Assembly (NCBI GenBank): GCA_904420205.1
Contig: CAJFUN010000028.1
Coordinates: forward strand, 4,568 to 68,567
DNA: 64,000 nt
From: Candidatus Parachristensenella avicola
GTDB lineage: Bacteria > Bacillota > Clostridia > Christensenellales > UMGS416
Direction of reading: 5' to 3'
Made by a program: the position numbers and the translations under genes. Positions 27,968 through 37,064 of the stretch are shown here, piece by piece (the first letter of the stretch is position 1; every line of letters starts with the position of its first letter). The notes under the pieces are model-generated. The model ran no database searches. It saw only the letters and a program-made list of their open reading frames with translations, and was not told the DNA's origin.

Positions 27968-28150
27968 CTTTCCTCTTGTTCAATAGCTATTGACATTTAT
28001 ATTGTATAGTATTCTTTCTATTTATCCATATACTTTTTTCACGATATATTCTTATTTTTTACTATTTAAATATATATCTCGATATATATTTTATTTTGTC
28101 GAGCAATCTTATATTTGGTCGAAATTCAAAGGTTATTCGACATCACAGCG
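27968..28150 (-). promoter_or_regulatory. very AT-rich upstream control region with phased GTCGA/TCGAC motifs
   Basis: About 180 bp, roughly 20% GC by eye. cgatatat occurs at 28042 and 28080. GTCGA at 28098 and 28118 and TCGAC at 28138 are spaced 20 bp apart. Confidence 0.5.
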
Positions 28151-28256
28151 TGATTGCCGATAACAACCAAAGCATTCAACGCGCTAAATAAAAAAATGTC
28201 TTTCCTTTACACGGAAAGACATCCTTTTTCGTTCATTTCCCAAGCCGACGCCCTCA

Positions 28257-29540
28257 TTAACTGGCGCTATCTGTCTTACAACATGCTGCCAGCACCAGCC
28301 CATGGAAAGCAATCAACCCCTCATAGGGCAGCTGCACGGCTAACGCCATGCCGAAAGAGAATCCGCCGGGATGCAGCGCTAGACCATAGCTGGCCAGCAA
28401 GATCACAAGCTCCGCCAGGGTCAAGCCCAAGGGAAGCAGAAGCAGCCGCCTATAGGGCAAGGGTTTCACATGCAGCAAAGCGCAAGCCGTCCATATGGCA
28501 CAGGCCAGCCCCATCGTCTGGCCCAACAGGCTGACACCCACCCAACCCAAGCAGGGCAGCACCTGATACTCTGCGGCATAGATGGCCTCCTGCAGCGGGA
28601 ACAAGCAGGCGGAATGGGCCAGCGCAGCCGTCGCCGCCACCAGGGCAGCCGGCCAGCACCGCCAAAAATCCCGCTGCGAAAGCGGGCGCCCTAAACACCG
28701 TGCGGCACAAAGCGCAACGAATAGCCATAGGGCCGCCGCCTGCGCGACGTCGCCCAAAACATCCAGTGGCAGCATAACCCAATCGCGAACCGAGCCGTAA
28801 TCCGCCACCGCCTCCAGCATCCGCAGCGCAAAGCCATATTGGGTGAAAAACCACACAGCCGGCGCCCACAGCAGCGAAAGAAGGCCCGACCAGCGGGTGG
28901 GCGTTTCCCCCTGGGAAAGCGGCGCCAGGCTGACGGCCAGATCCGCCAGCAGCAGGGCCGGGCCTGCCAGCGACAGCGTATCCAACACGAGCGCCGTCAG
29001 GCATGCATCGGATATGGCCAGCGCATCAGCCGCCACCCGCAGCCCCCAAAGGATCAATGCCCAAGCCACCGCGCCAAGGATCGTCGCTGCCCAGCGCCTG
29101 CCCGGGATTCGTCCGCCCCGAAGCTTATACCACAGCATCCCGGCCAGCAGGGCCGGTAGCCATCCAGCCAAGGATAGCGCCGTCCAAATCAGCTGTCCAT
29201 GGGGATAGATCGCCTCTAGCCAAGGCTCTCCGGCCCACAGCTCTGCCACCAGCGGCATCAGGCTACCCAGCCCAGCGATGCATTGGGTCGTAATCAGCCA
29301 AATCACCGCCAGCGGCGTCAGCCGCCAAAGGCTGCGCCGCCCGCCCAGCAGCGCCGGGTCCAGGGCCTTTGTCCACAGTGCGGCCGCCAGATAGCAGCGA
29401 GCCAGCGCCCAGATAAACGCCAGGAGGCCATCCACCACCATCGCGCCCTCATAGCTGCCGCCCCATTGGGGCCCTGTCAGGCAAAGGGCGCCGAAGAAGC
29501 CGGCGGCCAGCGGCATCCGTTTCTTCAGCCACCCCCTCAT
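28257..29540 (-). CDS. polytopic (~12 TM) membrane protein, unknown family
   Basis: ATG 29540 (MRGWLKKRMPLAAG) overlaps the GH42 stop (ATGA). Hydrophobic periodicity runs throughout. The region is very GC-rich, so alternative-frame ORFs abound. Confidence 0.6.
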   Translation of the reverse strand: MRGWLKKRMPLAAGFFGALCLTGPQWGGSYEGAMVVDGLLAFIWALARCYLAAALWTKALDPALLGGRRSLWRLTPLAVIWLITTQCIAGLGSLMPLVAELWAGEPWLEAIYPHGQLIWTALSLAGWLPALLAGMLWYKLRGGRIPGRRWAATILGAVAWALILWGLRVAADALAISDACLTALVLDTLSLAGPALLLADLAVSLAPLSQGETPTRWSGLLSLLWAPAVWFFTQYGFALRMLEAVADYGSVRDWVMLPLDVLGDVAQAAALWLFVALCAARCLGRPLSQRDFWRCWPAALVAATAALAHSACLFPLQEAIYAAEYQVLPCLGWVGVSLLGQTMGLACAIWTACALLHVKPLPYRRLLLLPLGLTLAELVILLASYGLALHPGGFSFGMALAVQLPYEGLIAFHGLVLAACCKTDSAS

Positions 29541-31570
29541 GGACGCGACTCCAAGATCATCACACCCCGCCCAGGCAGTTCTACTTCGCCTGCCAGGTGC
29601 TGCCCGGATATCAGATCCCATCCTCCTTCGCCCACATCCACCGAGGCCGGTCGGCTAAAATGGTTCAGGTAGAACCGGTAGGTCGTTCCTTCGGCCTCCC
29701 TTGTCGTGGCTTCGCATCCCAGCGGCAGCTGCCGCGCCGCTCGGGGAATGGCCAGTGCTTCCGCCAAATCTTGGTAAAAGTCGTCCAGGAAATCCTGCCC
29801 GGTGCGCGCAGCAATGAAATAGGCTTTGCCGCGTCCGTATTGGTTCACCGTCACCGCCGGTTCCCCGGCATAGAAATCCTCCTCATAAACGCCCAACACC
29901 TGGGCTCCCTCGGCATGGATCCGCTCAGCCATTTCTCGCACCGCATAGCGCTTACCCCTGTAGGCAACGGCATTCCCTTGCCCAGGATAATAGGCGTCCA
30001 TTTCCTCTGCCCATATCCCCATAACCTCCCGCAGCGGTCCGGGGAAGCCATTCTGGAAGCATAAGTCGTGCTCCTCGACCCATCCGGTCATGTAGGTCGC
30101 AGCCAGCGCGCCGCCCTTTTGGACGTATTCCGCCAGGCGCGCGCCGAAATCGCCTCGAATCATGTACAGCATAGGCGCAACTACCAGGCTGTATCCTTCC
30201 AAGGGGCAGGTGGAATCGATGATGTCCACATTGATCCCCTGATGGAAAAAGGCACGGTAATGCTCCACTACGGTGCGTTCGTAGTTTTTCTCCTTCATCA
30301 CACCCTGCATCTCATCCAGCGCCCAGCGGTTTTCCCAGTCATACACCAAGGCCACCCGGCTGGGCACGCCGGTCCCTGTAACATGATCGAGCTTTTCCAA
30401 CAGCCGCCCGGTTTCCGCCACCTCTTGAAACACCCGGGTTTTGTCGGTGGCAAAATGATCCACCACCGCGCCGTGGAACTTTTCATAGCCGCCTCGGCCT
30501 TTACGGAACTGGAAATACTGCACGGAATCGGATCCGTGGGCCACGGCCTGTAGGCTGGTCAAGCGGTGTACGCCTGGACGGCGCAGTTTAGCCACCGGCT
30601 GCCAATTGGTGGCCGATGGGGAAGACTCCATCATGAGGAAAGGCCGCCCGCCGCCCAATCCCCGATGCAAATCATGGCGGAAGGCCGTATCGGCGGCCAC
30701 CCAGTCATCGCCCTCGTCGTCGCGCCACAGGGGATAGTTATCCCAGGAAACCACGTCCAGCTCGCGGGCCAGTTCAAAATAATTGATCCCCGGATAGGTG
30801 CTCATCAGGTTATGGGTGATCGGGATATCCGGCGTATACCGGCGCAGCGGCTCCGCCTCCAGCCGCACATAGTCGCAGTATTGCTGGGTGGTAAAGCGCA
30901 TCCAGTCCAGTTTCAAAGCGTGCAGCACGCCGTCACCCCGGCTGGAGGGGGATTCCACCTGATCAAAATCCGTATATCCATGGCTCCAGAAACCGGACCA
31001 ATAGGCCTCGTTCAGCGCCTGAAGCGTGCCATATTTTGCCTTGATATAGTCCCGGAACGCCGCCTGACATAAAGGGCAGTGGCATTCCCCACTATATTCA
31101 TTGGAAATATGCCACATTTTCAGGGCGGGGTGCCCGGCATAGCGCTGGGCCAGCCGCCCGTTTATCTCCTGAACCTTAGCGCGGTAGACCGGAGAGGTCA
31201 AGCAGTGGTTCTCCCGGCCGCCATAAAGCTCCCGTACCCGGTCCTCCGATACCCGCAGAATTTCCGGATACTTCTGCGCCATCCAGCGAGGTTTCGCCCC
31301 CGATGGGGTTGCCAGGATAGCTGCCATATGGTTTTCCGCCAGCATATCCATCACCTCATCCAGCCATTCAAAAGTATAGACGCCCTCCTCCGGTTCCAGC
31401 GCCGTCCAGCTGAAGATGCCGACCGTCATGGAATTCATATGGGCCTCTCTGGCCAGGCGCATATCCTCTTTCCAGATTCTATCCTTGTCTTTCATCCATT
31501 GGTCGGGATTATAATCGCCTCCATGGATCATGTGGGAAATGCCCGGCAGGGCCGGTGAGAAACGCTTCAT
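29537..31570 (-). CDS. beta-galactosidase, glycoside hydrolase family 42
   Basis: 677 aa. HGGDYNPDQW near the N-terminus and overall GH42 length. AGGAGG RBS. Confidence 0.9.
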   Translation of the reverse strand: MKRFSPALPGISHMIHGGDYNPDQWMKDKDRIWKEDMRLAREAHMNSMTVGIFSWTALEPEEGVYTFEWLDEVMDMLAENHMAAILATPSGAKPRWMAQKYPEILRVSEDRVRELYGGRENHCLTSPVYRAKVQEINGRLAQRYAGHPALKMWHISNEYSGECHCPLCQAAFRDYIKAKYGTLQALNEAYWSGFWSHGYTDFDQVESPSSRGDGVLHALKLDWMRFTTQQYCDYVRLEAEPLRRYTPDIPITHNLMSTYPGINYFELARELDVVSWDNYPLWRDDEGDDWVAADTAFRHDLHRGLGGGRPFLMMESSPSATNWQPVAKLRRPGVHRLTSLQAVAHGSDSVQYFQFRKGRGGYEKFHGAVVDHFATDKTRVFQEVAETGRLLEKLDHVTGTGVPSRVALVYDWENRWALDEMQGVMKEKNYERTVVEHYRAFFHQGINVDIIDSTCPLEGYSLVVAPMLYMIRGDFGARLAEYVQKGGALAATYMTGWVEEHDLCFQNGFPGPLREVMGIWAEEMDAYYPGQGNAVAYRGKRYAVREMAERIHAEGAQVLGVYEEDFYAGEPAVTVNQYGRGKAYFIAARTGQDFLDDFYQDLAEALAIPRAARQLPLGCEATTREAEGTTYRFYLNHFSRPASVDVGEGGWDLISGQHLAGEVELPGRGVMILESRP

Positions 31571-32175
31571 GGAAAATACCTCCTGTCTGTCCTTCGTTCT
31601 TGGCGACCGCCCGGCGCATGGCGGCTTTGCTCATCGGCGGTTTTCCTTTCCCCGTGGCGGGCGCCTTTGCAGTGCCCGCCGAATCCAAACGGCCATTTGC
31701 TGCGGCCTGGATGATTCCCTCTTTTTTAACCGCCATAAGCATCCATTTTCTCCATACCCCTATGGGCTGACGCACGGCGAATCACTAGCTTTGCTGTAGG
31801 CGGCAGCCACTCTACCACGACCCCTTCGGGCGGCAATTTTCCTCCAAGCGCCGGCTATGCACGGGAGCCCTCGCTTCACATTTTTCCCTCAGCATATGCC
31901 TCTTTTGCCTTTTAGATTCCGTCCAGCCGCGCCGTTCAGGTAACCAGCGTCCGTATATTGCCCGTATGCCGTCTGGCAGGGCGCTTTCGCCATATCCATC
32001 ATACCATGACCGCGGCGGGAGATGAAGCGCGCCGGCCCAACCTTTACATTTATTTGGCTTTTGGATTTCAGTGTGGGAATGAGACGTCCAAACGCGGCGA
32101 TAGCGCCCTTGGCCTTGACAAACGGGGGATACCTGCCCCTATGATTGCGCTGGAAAGAAAAAAGGAGGCGGTATC

Positions 32176-33036
32176 ATGAAAACGGCGCTGGTGCTGGAAG
32201 GCGGCGGGCTGCGCGGCGTCTATACTGAAGGCGTGCTGGACGCGCTGATGCATGGCGGATGGCAGGCCGACTATGTGGTCGGCGTGTCCGCCGGAGCCAA
32301 TAATGGCATCTATTATGTGGCCGGGCAACCCGGGGACGCCCTGGACTCGGTGATTCATTATGTTGGGGACAAGCGTTACCTGTCCCTGGAAAATTTTATC
32401 CGCACCCATTCGGTCTTTGGTATGGATTTCATCTTTCACGAAATCCCGGAGCGGCTGGTTCCGCTTGATTTCGACCGGGTGCAAGCCTCGTCTTGCCAAT
32501 TTGAAGCTGGCGTAACCGACGTTTTCACCGGACGCGCCGTATACTTTGACAAGACGCATCTTGCCGACCGCGACACCACGATCCTCCGGGCTTCCTGCTC
32601 CATGCCCGGATTTGCGCCCATGGTGCCCTATCAGGGCGGCCTATACCTGGACGGTGGCGCCGCCGATCCCATCCCGTTGGAACGGGCGCTGGCCGTGGGT
32701 TGCGACCGGGCTATCGTCATCCGCACCCGCCCGCGAACCTATCTTAAGGGGCCCGAACGGGGCCGCCAGCTCTATACGCGGCTCTTTCGGCAGTATCCCG
32801 CCCTTATCGCGTGCCTAAACCGCCGCCACCTTGTTTATAATGCCAGCATTCGCCTATGCGACGACCTGGAGGCCCAGGGGCGTGCGCTTATCATCGCGCC
32901 GGACGCCCATCTGGATATGGGCCGCTTTGAAAAGAACCGGGATAAGCTTTTAGCCGCATATCGTCAGGGCCTGAGCGACGGGGAACGGGCCTTGCCCCAA
33001 ATCCGCGCCCTCTGCGCAGCGGATCAGGCGATATAA
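32176..33036 (+). CDS. patatin-like phospholipase
   Basis: GGGLRG oxyanion motif, GVSAG nucleophile elbow, DGG(A) aspartate motif. Confidence 0.9.
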   Translation: MKTALVLEGGGLRGVYTEGVLDALMHGGWQADYVVGVSAGANNGIYYVAGQPGDALDSVIHYVGDKRYLSLENFIRTHSVFGMDFIFHEIPERLVPLDFDRVQASSCQFEAGVTDVFTGRAVYFDKTHLADRDTTILRASCSMPGFAPMVPYQGGLYLDGGAADPIPLERALAVGCDRAIVIRTRPRTYLKGPERGRQLYTRLFRQYPALIACLNRRHLVYNASIRLCDDLEAQGRALIIAPDAHLDMGRFEKNRDKLLAAYRQGLSDGERALPQIRALCAADQAI

Positions 33037-33051
33037 TCTCTATACAAAAGT

Positions 33052-33090
33052 CCCCATGCCGTTGGTGTTCCTTACGGCATGGGGGTTTTA
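33052..33090 (+). terminator. intrinsic terminator
   Basis: Stem ccccatgccg (33052-33061) / cggcatgggg (33075-33084) followed by gtttta. Confidence 0.65.
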
Positions 33091-33207
33091 TATTGGAATC
33101 GCGTAGCCTCAACCGTCTCGATCAGGCGCCGTCAAAGGCGCGACTGCACCGGCAAAAGCGGGCCTGCCCCTTTTGCCGCGCAGCCGGCAGCATGCATGCC
33201 GGTTAGG

Positions 33208-35172
33208 CTATTCAGCCTGTTCCTGCTGCCAAAGCTCCTCAAAGTAGGCTGTCAGCTGCTGGGCAAGGGATTCGACCATTCCCTCCTCAAAGGGGCTGGA
33301 TAAACCGCAGGCCTCCAGCGTGGCCTGGAAGGGCTCATAGGTGCTGTACTGCTGCACCCGCAGGTATTGGTCAATGGCCGCCTGTGGATCGCGTTCTGAT
33401 AGCTCCCATATTTCCAGCGCCGCGGCTAGGCTTGTTGCATAGCTGATATAGTACAGCGGCGCCTGAAAGGTATGGTGAATCGCCACCCACGTCTTGGCCC
33501 AGAAGCTGTTTGGAATATAATAGCCATCATAAAGATGATATTCATCCAAGAGCTCCTCATAGATCGCATTCAGCTTTTCCAGGGTTAGGTTCTCTTCGGC
33601 ATAAAGGCGCTGCTGGAATTCATCCTCCATGCATCCGCTGATGACCGTGCTGATCATCGTCTGCAGATTGGAGGCCTTTACGCCCTCGGCCACTTCCTCG
33701 CCATAGAGTTCATCATAGTATAGCTGCAGCAAAAGCTCCAGCCCCTGGGAATGAATCTCCGCCAAGTCCAAGTCCGTCGCTTTGTTCCAGGCGCTCTCAG
33801 GGAAGCAATAGCTGTTGTAGAAATGCCCAAACTCATGAAAAACGGTCGTGACGTTGTTGTATCCGTCAATGGATTTATAATTGATGAAGGGCACGCCGTA
33901 ATAGGCGATATCGGTCGTATAGCCGCCGTCCATCTTGGAGGCGCCGTTGGTGAAGTCATATAGGTCATATTGGAGCATAAAATCAGCCGCCTGCGCCATA
34001 TCCTCTGAAATTTGGGGCAGGATCTGCTTTAGCGCATCAATGCTCTGCTGGGGGGTAGTGGCGGCCAGCGATCCTTGGTAGATAATCTCCGGGGGATTGA
34101 GGCCTAGCTTGGCATGCAGCGGCACCAGATGTTCTTTCACGGCTGACGCCATATTGGCCGCATCCTCGGGCGTATAGTCACGGTTATAGCTCGCATAACT
34201 GTATTCCACAAAATTGTCGTATCCCAGCTTCTGAGCCATCTCATTGCGCAATTCCACCAGCTGGAGGAATATTTCCCCGGCCTCCTTGTTGAGCGTATCA
34301 TAGTAGGTTTCCAGATAGCCATAATACGCCAGGCCCAGATCTGTGCGCTGCGTAAGTTCATTCAGAGTAAGCGCCTCATCCTCCACCTGAACCGTATGGT
34401 TAACCAGCACCTGCTGGTATTCATCGGTCAAGGCGCTGATTTGTTTCATCAGCGGTTGGACCGATTCATTGGTCAGGGCCGCTTCCCGCAGCGTATCGTC
34501 GACGTATTCCTGCCCCCAGCGCGCTGCAGCTTCTTCGCCTAGGCCGGATTCTAGGATCGTGGTGGTAATTGTGCCCAGCTTTTCATAGTATTCGTTCAGT
34601 TTTCCTTCCAGCTCAATCTTATCCTGGCTGGCTGCCTCGTCGTTGACGTCCAAATCGCTGGCGATGCTGACCAAAGTGAACTGCGTCAACGCCATGCCAT
34701 AGTCTACCAGCACTTCATCATAAAGCGTAAAGAGCGCATCTGCATCCGAGGCGCTCCCCGCCAGCTGGGCTAACTGCTCAAACCGTTGATCCATGGCTTC
34801 AAAGTCGGGCATGGTATAGGCCATATCGCGATAATTCACCAGCGCGTGCCCGGCTTCATCCCGCTCGACCTGGCCGCCCGAAGCCCATAAAGCTTGCGTG
34901 ATCCAGCTAGGCTCCCGCTCAGAAGGCGCCAGCGCATCGCTGGGCACGGCGGTTGTAGGCGCCGTTGAAGTCGCGGTTGCGGAGGTATCGGCTGGGGAAG
35001 AAGCGGGCGTTGTGGCGGTGGTCGCAGCCGCAGTCGCCGCTGCAGGCGTATCGGCCGGCGAAGCGGTTGGTTCGCTTAAATATCCTGGCGGCGGCGCGCA
35101 GCTTGTCAGCGCCAGGATAAGCGCCAGCAGCACCGCGGGCCACAACCTTTTTCCCAACTTATGCATGCTCAT
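33208..35172 (-). CDS. M3-family oligoendopeptidase (PepF-like) lipoprotein
   Basis: Lipobox LALTSC, a T/A/P-rich linker, and the zinc motif HEFGH (TVFHEFGHFYN). Start overlaps the upstream stop (ATGA). Confidence 0.85.
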   Translation of the reverse strand: MSMHKLGKRLWPAVLLALILALTSCAPPPGYLSEPTASPADTPAAATAAATTATTPASSPADTSATATSTAPTTAVPSDALAPSEREPSWITQALWASGGQVERDEAGHALVNYRDMAYTMPDFEAMDQRFEQLAQLAGSASDADALFTLYDEVLVDYGMALTQFTLVSIASDLDVNDEAASQDKIELEGKLNEYYEKLGTITTTILESGLGEEAAARWGQEYVDDTLREAALTNESVQPLMKQISALTDEYQQVLVNHTVQVEDEALTLNELTQRTDLGLAYYGYLETYYDTLNKEAGEIFLQLVELRNEMAQKLGYDNFVEYSYASYNRDYTPEDAANMASAVKEHLVPLHAKLGLNPPEIIYQGSLAATTPQQSIDALKQILPQISEDMAQAADFMLQYDLYDFTNGASKMDGGYTTDIAYYGVPFINYKSIDGYNNVTTVFHEFGHFYNSYCFPESAWNKATDLDLAEIHSQGLELLLQLYYDELYGEEVAEGVKASNLQTMISTVISGCMEDEFQQRLYAEENLTLEKLNAIYEELLDEYHLYDGYYIPNSFWAKTWVAIHHTFQAPLYYISYATSLAAALEIWELSERDPQAAIDQYLRVQQYSTYEPFQATLEACGLSSPFEEGMVESLAQQLTAYFEELWQQEQAE

Positions 35173-37052
35173 AATTCCTTTCCTTCCCGGTCTACGGCCC
35201 GCCAGCTTTCGCCTTCCAGTTCCGTACCGTCGGGCAATGTCCGTCTTTTCGAGTCAAAGTTAGCGGTTACCTGCGTCCCGTCCTCAAAGGTGCTCCGCTG
35301 GAGGCATCCGTCCTCAGAGAGGAAGACAAAATCCGTCATGGCCAACGGGCCAATGCGCCGATGCAGCCGGGCCACCGGCAGCGCTGCCCGCAGGGCCTCC
35401 TGCACCGCCTCATCCTCTACGCGCATCGTAAAAAGGCAGGTTTCGCTGCCCCGGCCGGTCCAGGCATACTGTGCGCCGCAGGGCATCACGTCGGGCGGAG
35501 TGCCCATGAGCGCATCCATGGCAGCCATCAGCCGGGGGCGGCCGCCCCCATACTGGTAATACCCCGCCGGTTCTCCCTCCCGGAAGAAGTGGCTGTTATT
35601 GTAGTTATGCACTTCCCACCAGGTGTGCATAATGCTGTCATGATAGACTAGGGCAGTCAGGGGTACCGGCCAGAAGGGCCACTGCTTGTATTGGGGCAAA
35701 GCCTTCACCGAACCCATATCGTATTCCAACGAGAACAGGTCGTTGAATCCTTCGCTGCTCACAGCGCCCTTACCCCGGGAGCCCATAACCAGCAGCCGGC
35801 GCAGCAGTTCCAGGTCCTCTTCCCGATCCATGGGCCTGCCAGGGTGGGCGCTGTGATCTGTAGCATAGCATTCGCCCAGCATGGCGCAGGCTACCACATC
35901 GAAATGATCCCAGTCCATATCCGCCCAGGGGCCCTCCACCGCCTGCTTCTCCAACTCAAGCATGCGTCCTGCGCAGTTTAGGTACCACTTGAAATCGTCG
36001 ATGCGCCACTGCATGCGGCGCTGGCCATCCCGTCCCGCGTAATATCCCTCCCGCGTCTCCGGCCGTCCATCGTCCATGCTTTCGTTTACCCAGCTCCACG
36101 GCGCCATCCGGTATCCCAGATCGCGGATGGCCGATTTCTCCTGCTCGGTGAGCGCGATAGGCTTTCGCCCGCCCATCAAAAATTGGTCATACGACATATT
36201 AAAGCCCACAGGGTAGACCAAGGCCCGGTCAAAACCCATCGCTTTTACCTGCGCCAGCTGGCCCGCATAATCCACGTCATCCTGGCAATAGCCGATAAAG
36301 CACATCAGCGAACCAAACAGCTCATCCAGCGCCGGCCGCGTTTTTCGTTTTTCCTGCCAACTGATAAAGAGGCCCCTTTGCATGACAAAGGCACGGTAAG
36401 CGAAGGCCGCCCCAGTTATCGTGGGCTCTATGGGAATCAAGCGGACGGTGCGCGCCTGACGGAAGCCGCCGAGGCTCGCCAGCGCCATGGGGCAGACAAA
36501 GGGAGCTTCCAGATCGCCTGCCTGCTTGCCATAGCGCCACCCCGCATCGGCCAGCCCTTCGTCTGGTACGATCAGCAGTCCGCCCTGCTTGCCCAGCACC
36601 GCCGCCATTGCCAGCGAAAATCCATCATGATGGCGGCTTGTTACCCGCTTATCGCAGGGCGCGCCTCCGCCCTGCCAGAGCATGCCCTGCATAATGGGCA
36701 AAAGGAGCTTCTCTCCGGCGGGTTGCCCATGGAAAGCGCCCGGCAGGCTTATGCATGCCGGGCCCTCGCCCTCCATGGGCACCAGCGTTACCGTTACAGC
36801 CCCCTTTGAAAGCCGGTATTCCATCTTTACGTGTTTTTCGCCAGCCCGAAAGCTTTGATATAGGCAGTCTCCCTGCCGTCCTGCGCTTTCAAAAGCCAGC
36901 CGCCGCAAAGGGCCAGCGCCTTCGACGGCATCCGCTTCACCCCATACGGCGCTGGCCGGATCCAGCGTCCACCGCTGGCCCCGGGAGCCGTCCTCCAGCC
37001 AAAGCTGCGGACCCTCTACGCACAGCGTAATCCCGCCTTCCGATAATGTCAT
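35169..37052 (-). CDS. hypothetical protein, possibly a glycoside-hydrolase-like enzyme
   Basis: 627-aa ORF with no signal peptide, sitting in a carbohydrate-gene context. Family not recognised. Confidence 0.55.
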   Translation of the reverse strand: MTLSEGGITLCVEGPQLWLEDGSRGQRWTLDPASAVWGEADAVEGAGPLRRLAFESAGRQGDCLYQSFRAGEKHVKMEYRLSKGAVTVTLVPMEGEGPACISLPGAFHGQPAGEKLLLPIMQGMLWQGGGAPCDKRVTSRHHDGFSLAMAAVLGKQGGLLIVPDEGLADAGWRYGKQAGDLEAPFVCPMALASLGGFRQARTVRLIPIEPTITGAAFAYRAFVMQRGLFISWQEKRKTRPALDELFGSLMCFIGYCQDDVDYAGQLAQVKAMGFDRALVYPVGFNMSYDQFLMGGRKPIALTEQEKSAIRDLGYRMAPWSWVNESMDDGRPETREGYYAGRDGQRRMQWRIDDFKWYLNCAGRMLELEKQAVEGPWADMDWDHFDVVACAMLGECYATDHSAHPGRPMDREEDLELLRRLLVMGSRGKGAVSSEGFNDLFSLEYDMGSVKALPQYKQWPFWPVPLTALVYHDSIMHTWWEVHNYNNSHFFREGEPAGYYQYGGGRPRLMAAMDALMGTPPDVMPCGAQYAWTGRGSETCLFTMRVEDEAVQEALRAALPVARLHRRIGPLAMTDFVFLSEDGCLQRSTFEDGTQVTANFDSKRRTLPDGTELEGESWRAVDREGKEL

Positions 37053-37064
37053 CCTGTCTCCTCC

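Noticed and set aside
28450-29672. Cluster of overlapping R/P/G-rich ORFs on both strands inside the 12-TM protein gene. The same occurs at 38086-38890 and 53440-54445.
   Set aside because: They are composition artefacts of very GC-rich or repeat-rich coding sequence. Only one frame per locus shows TM periodicity or repeat logic.
31509-31775. 88-aa minus-strand ORF overlapping the 5' end of the GH42 gene.
   Set aside because: It runs into the well-supported GH42 coding frame and has no RBS. Part of it may be an AraC-like remnant (see findings) rather than a live gene.
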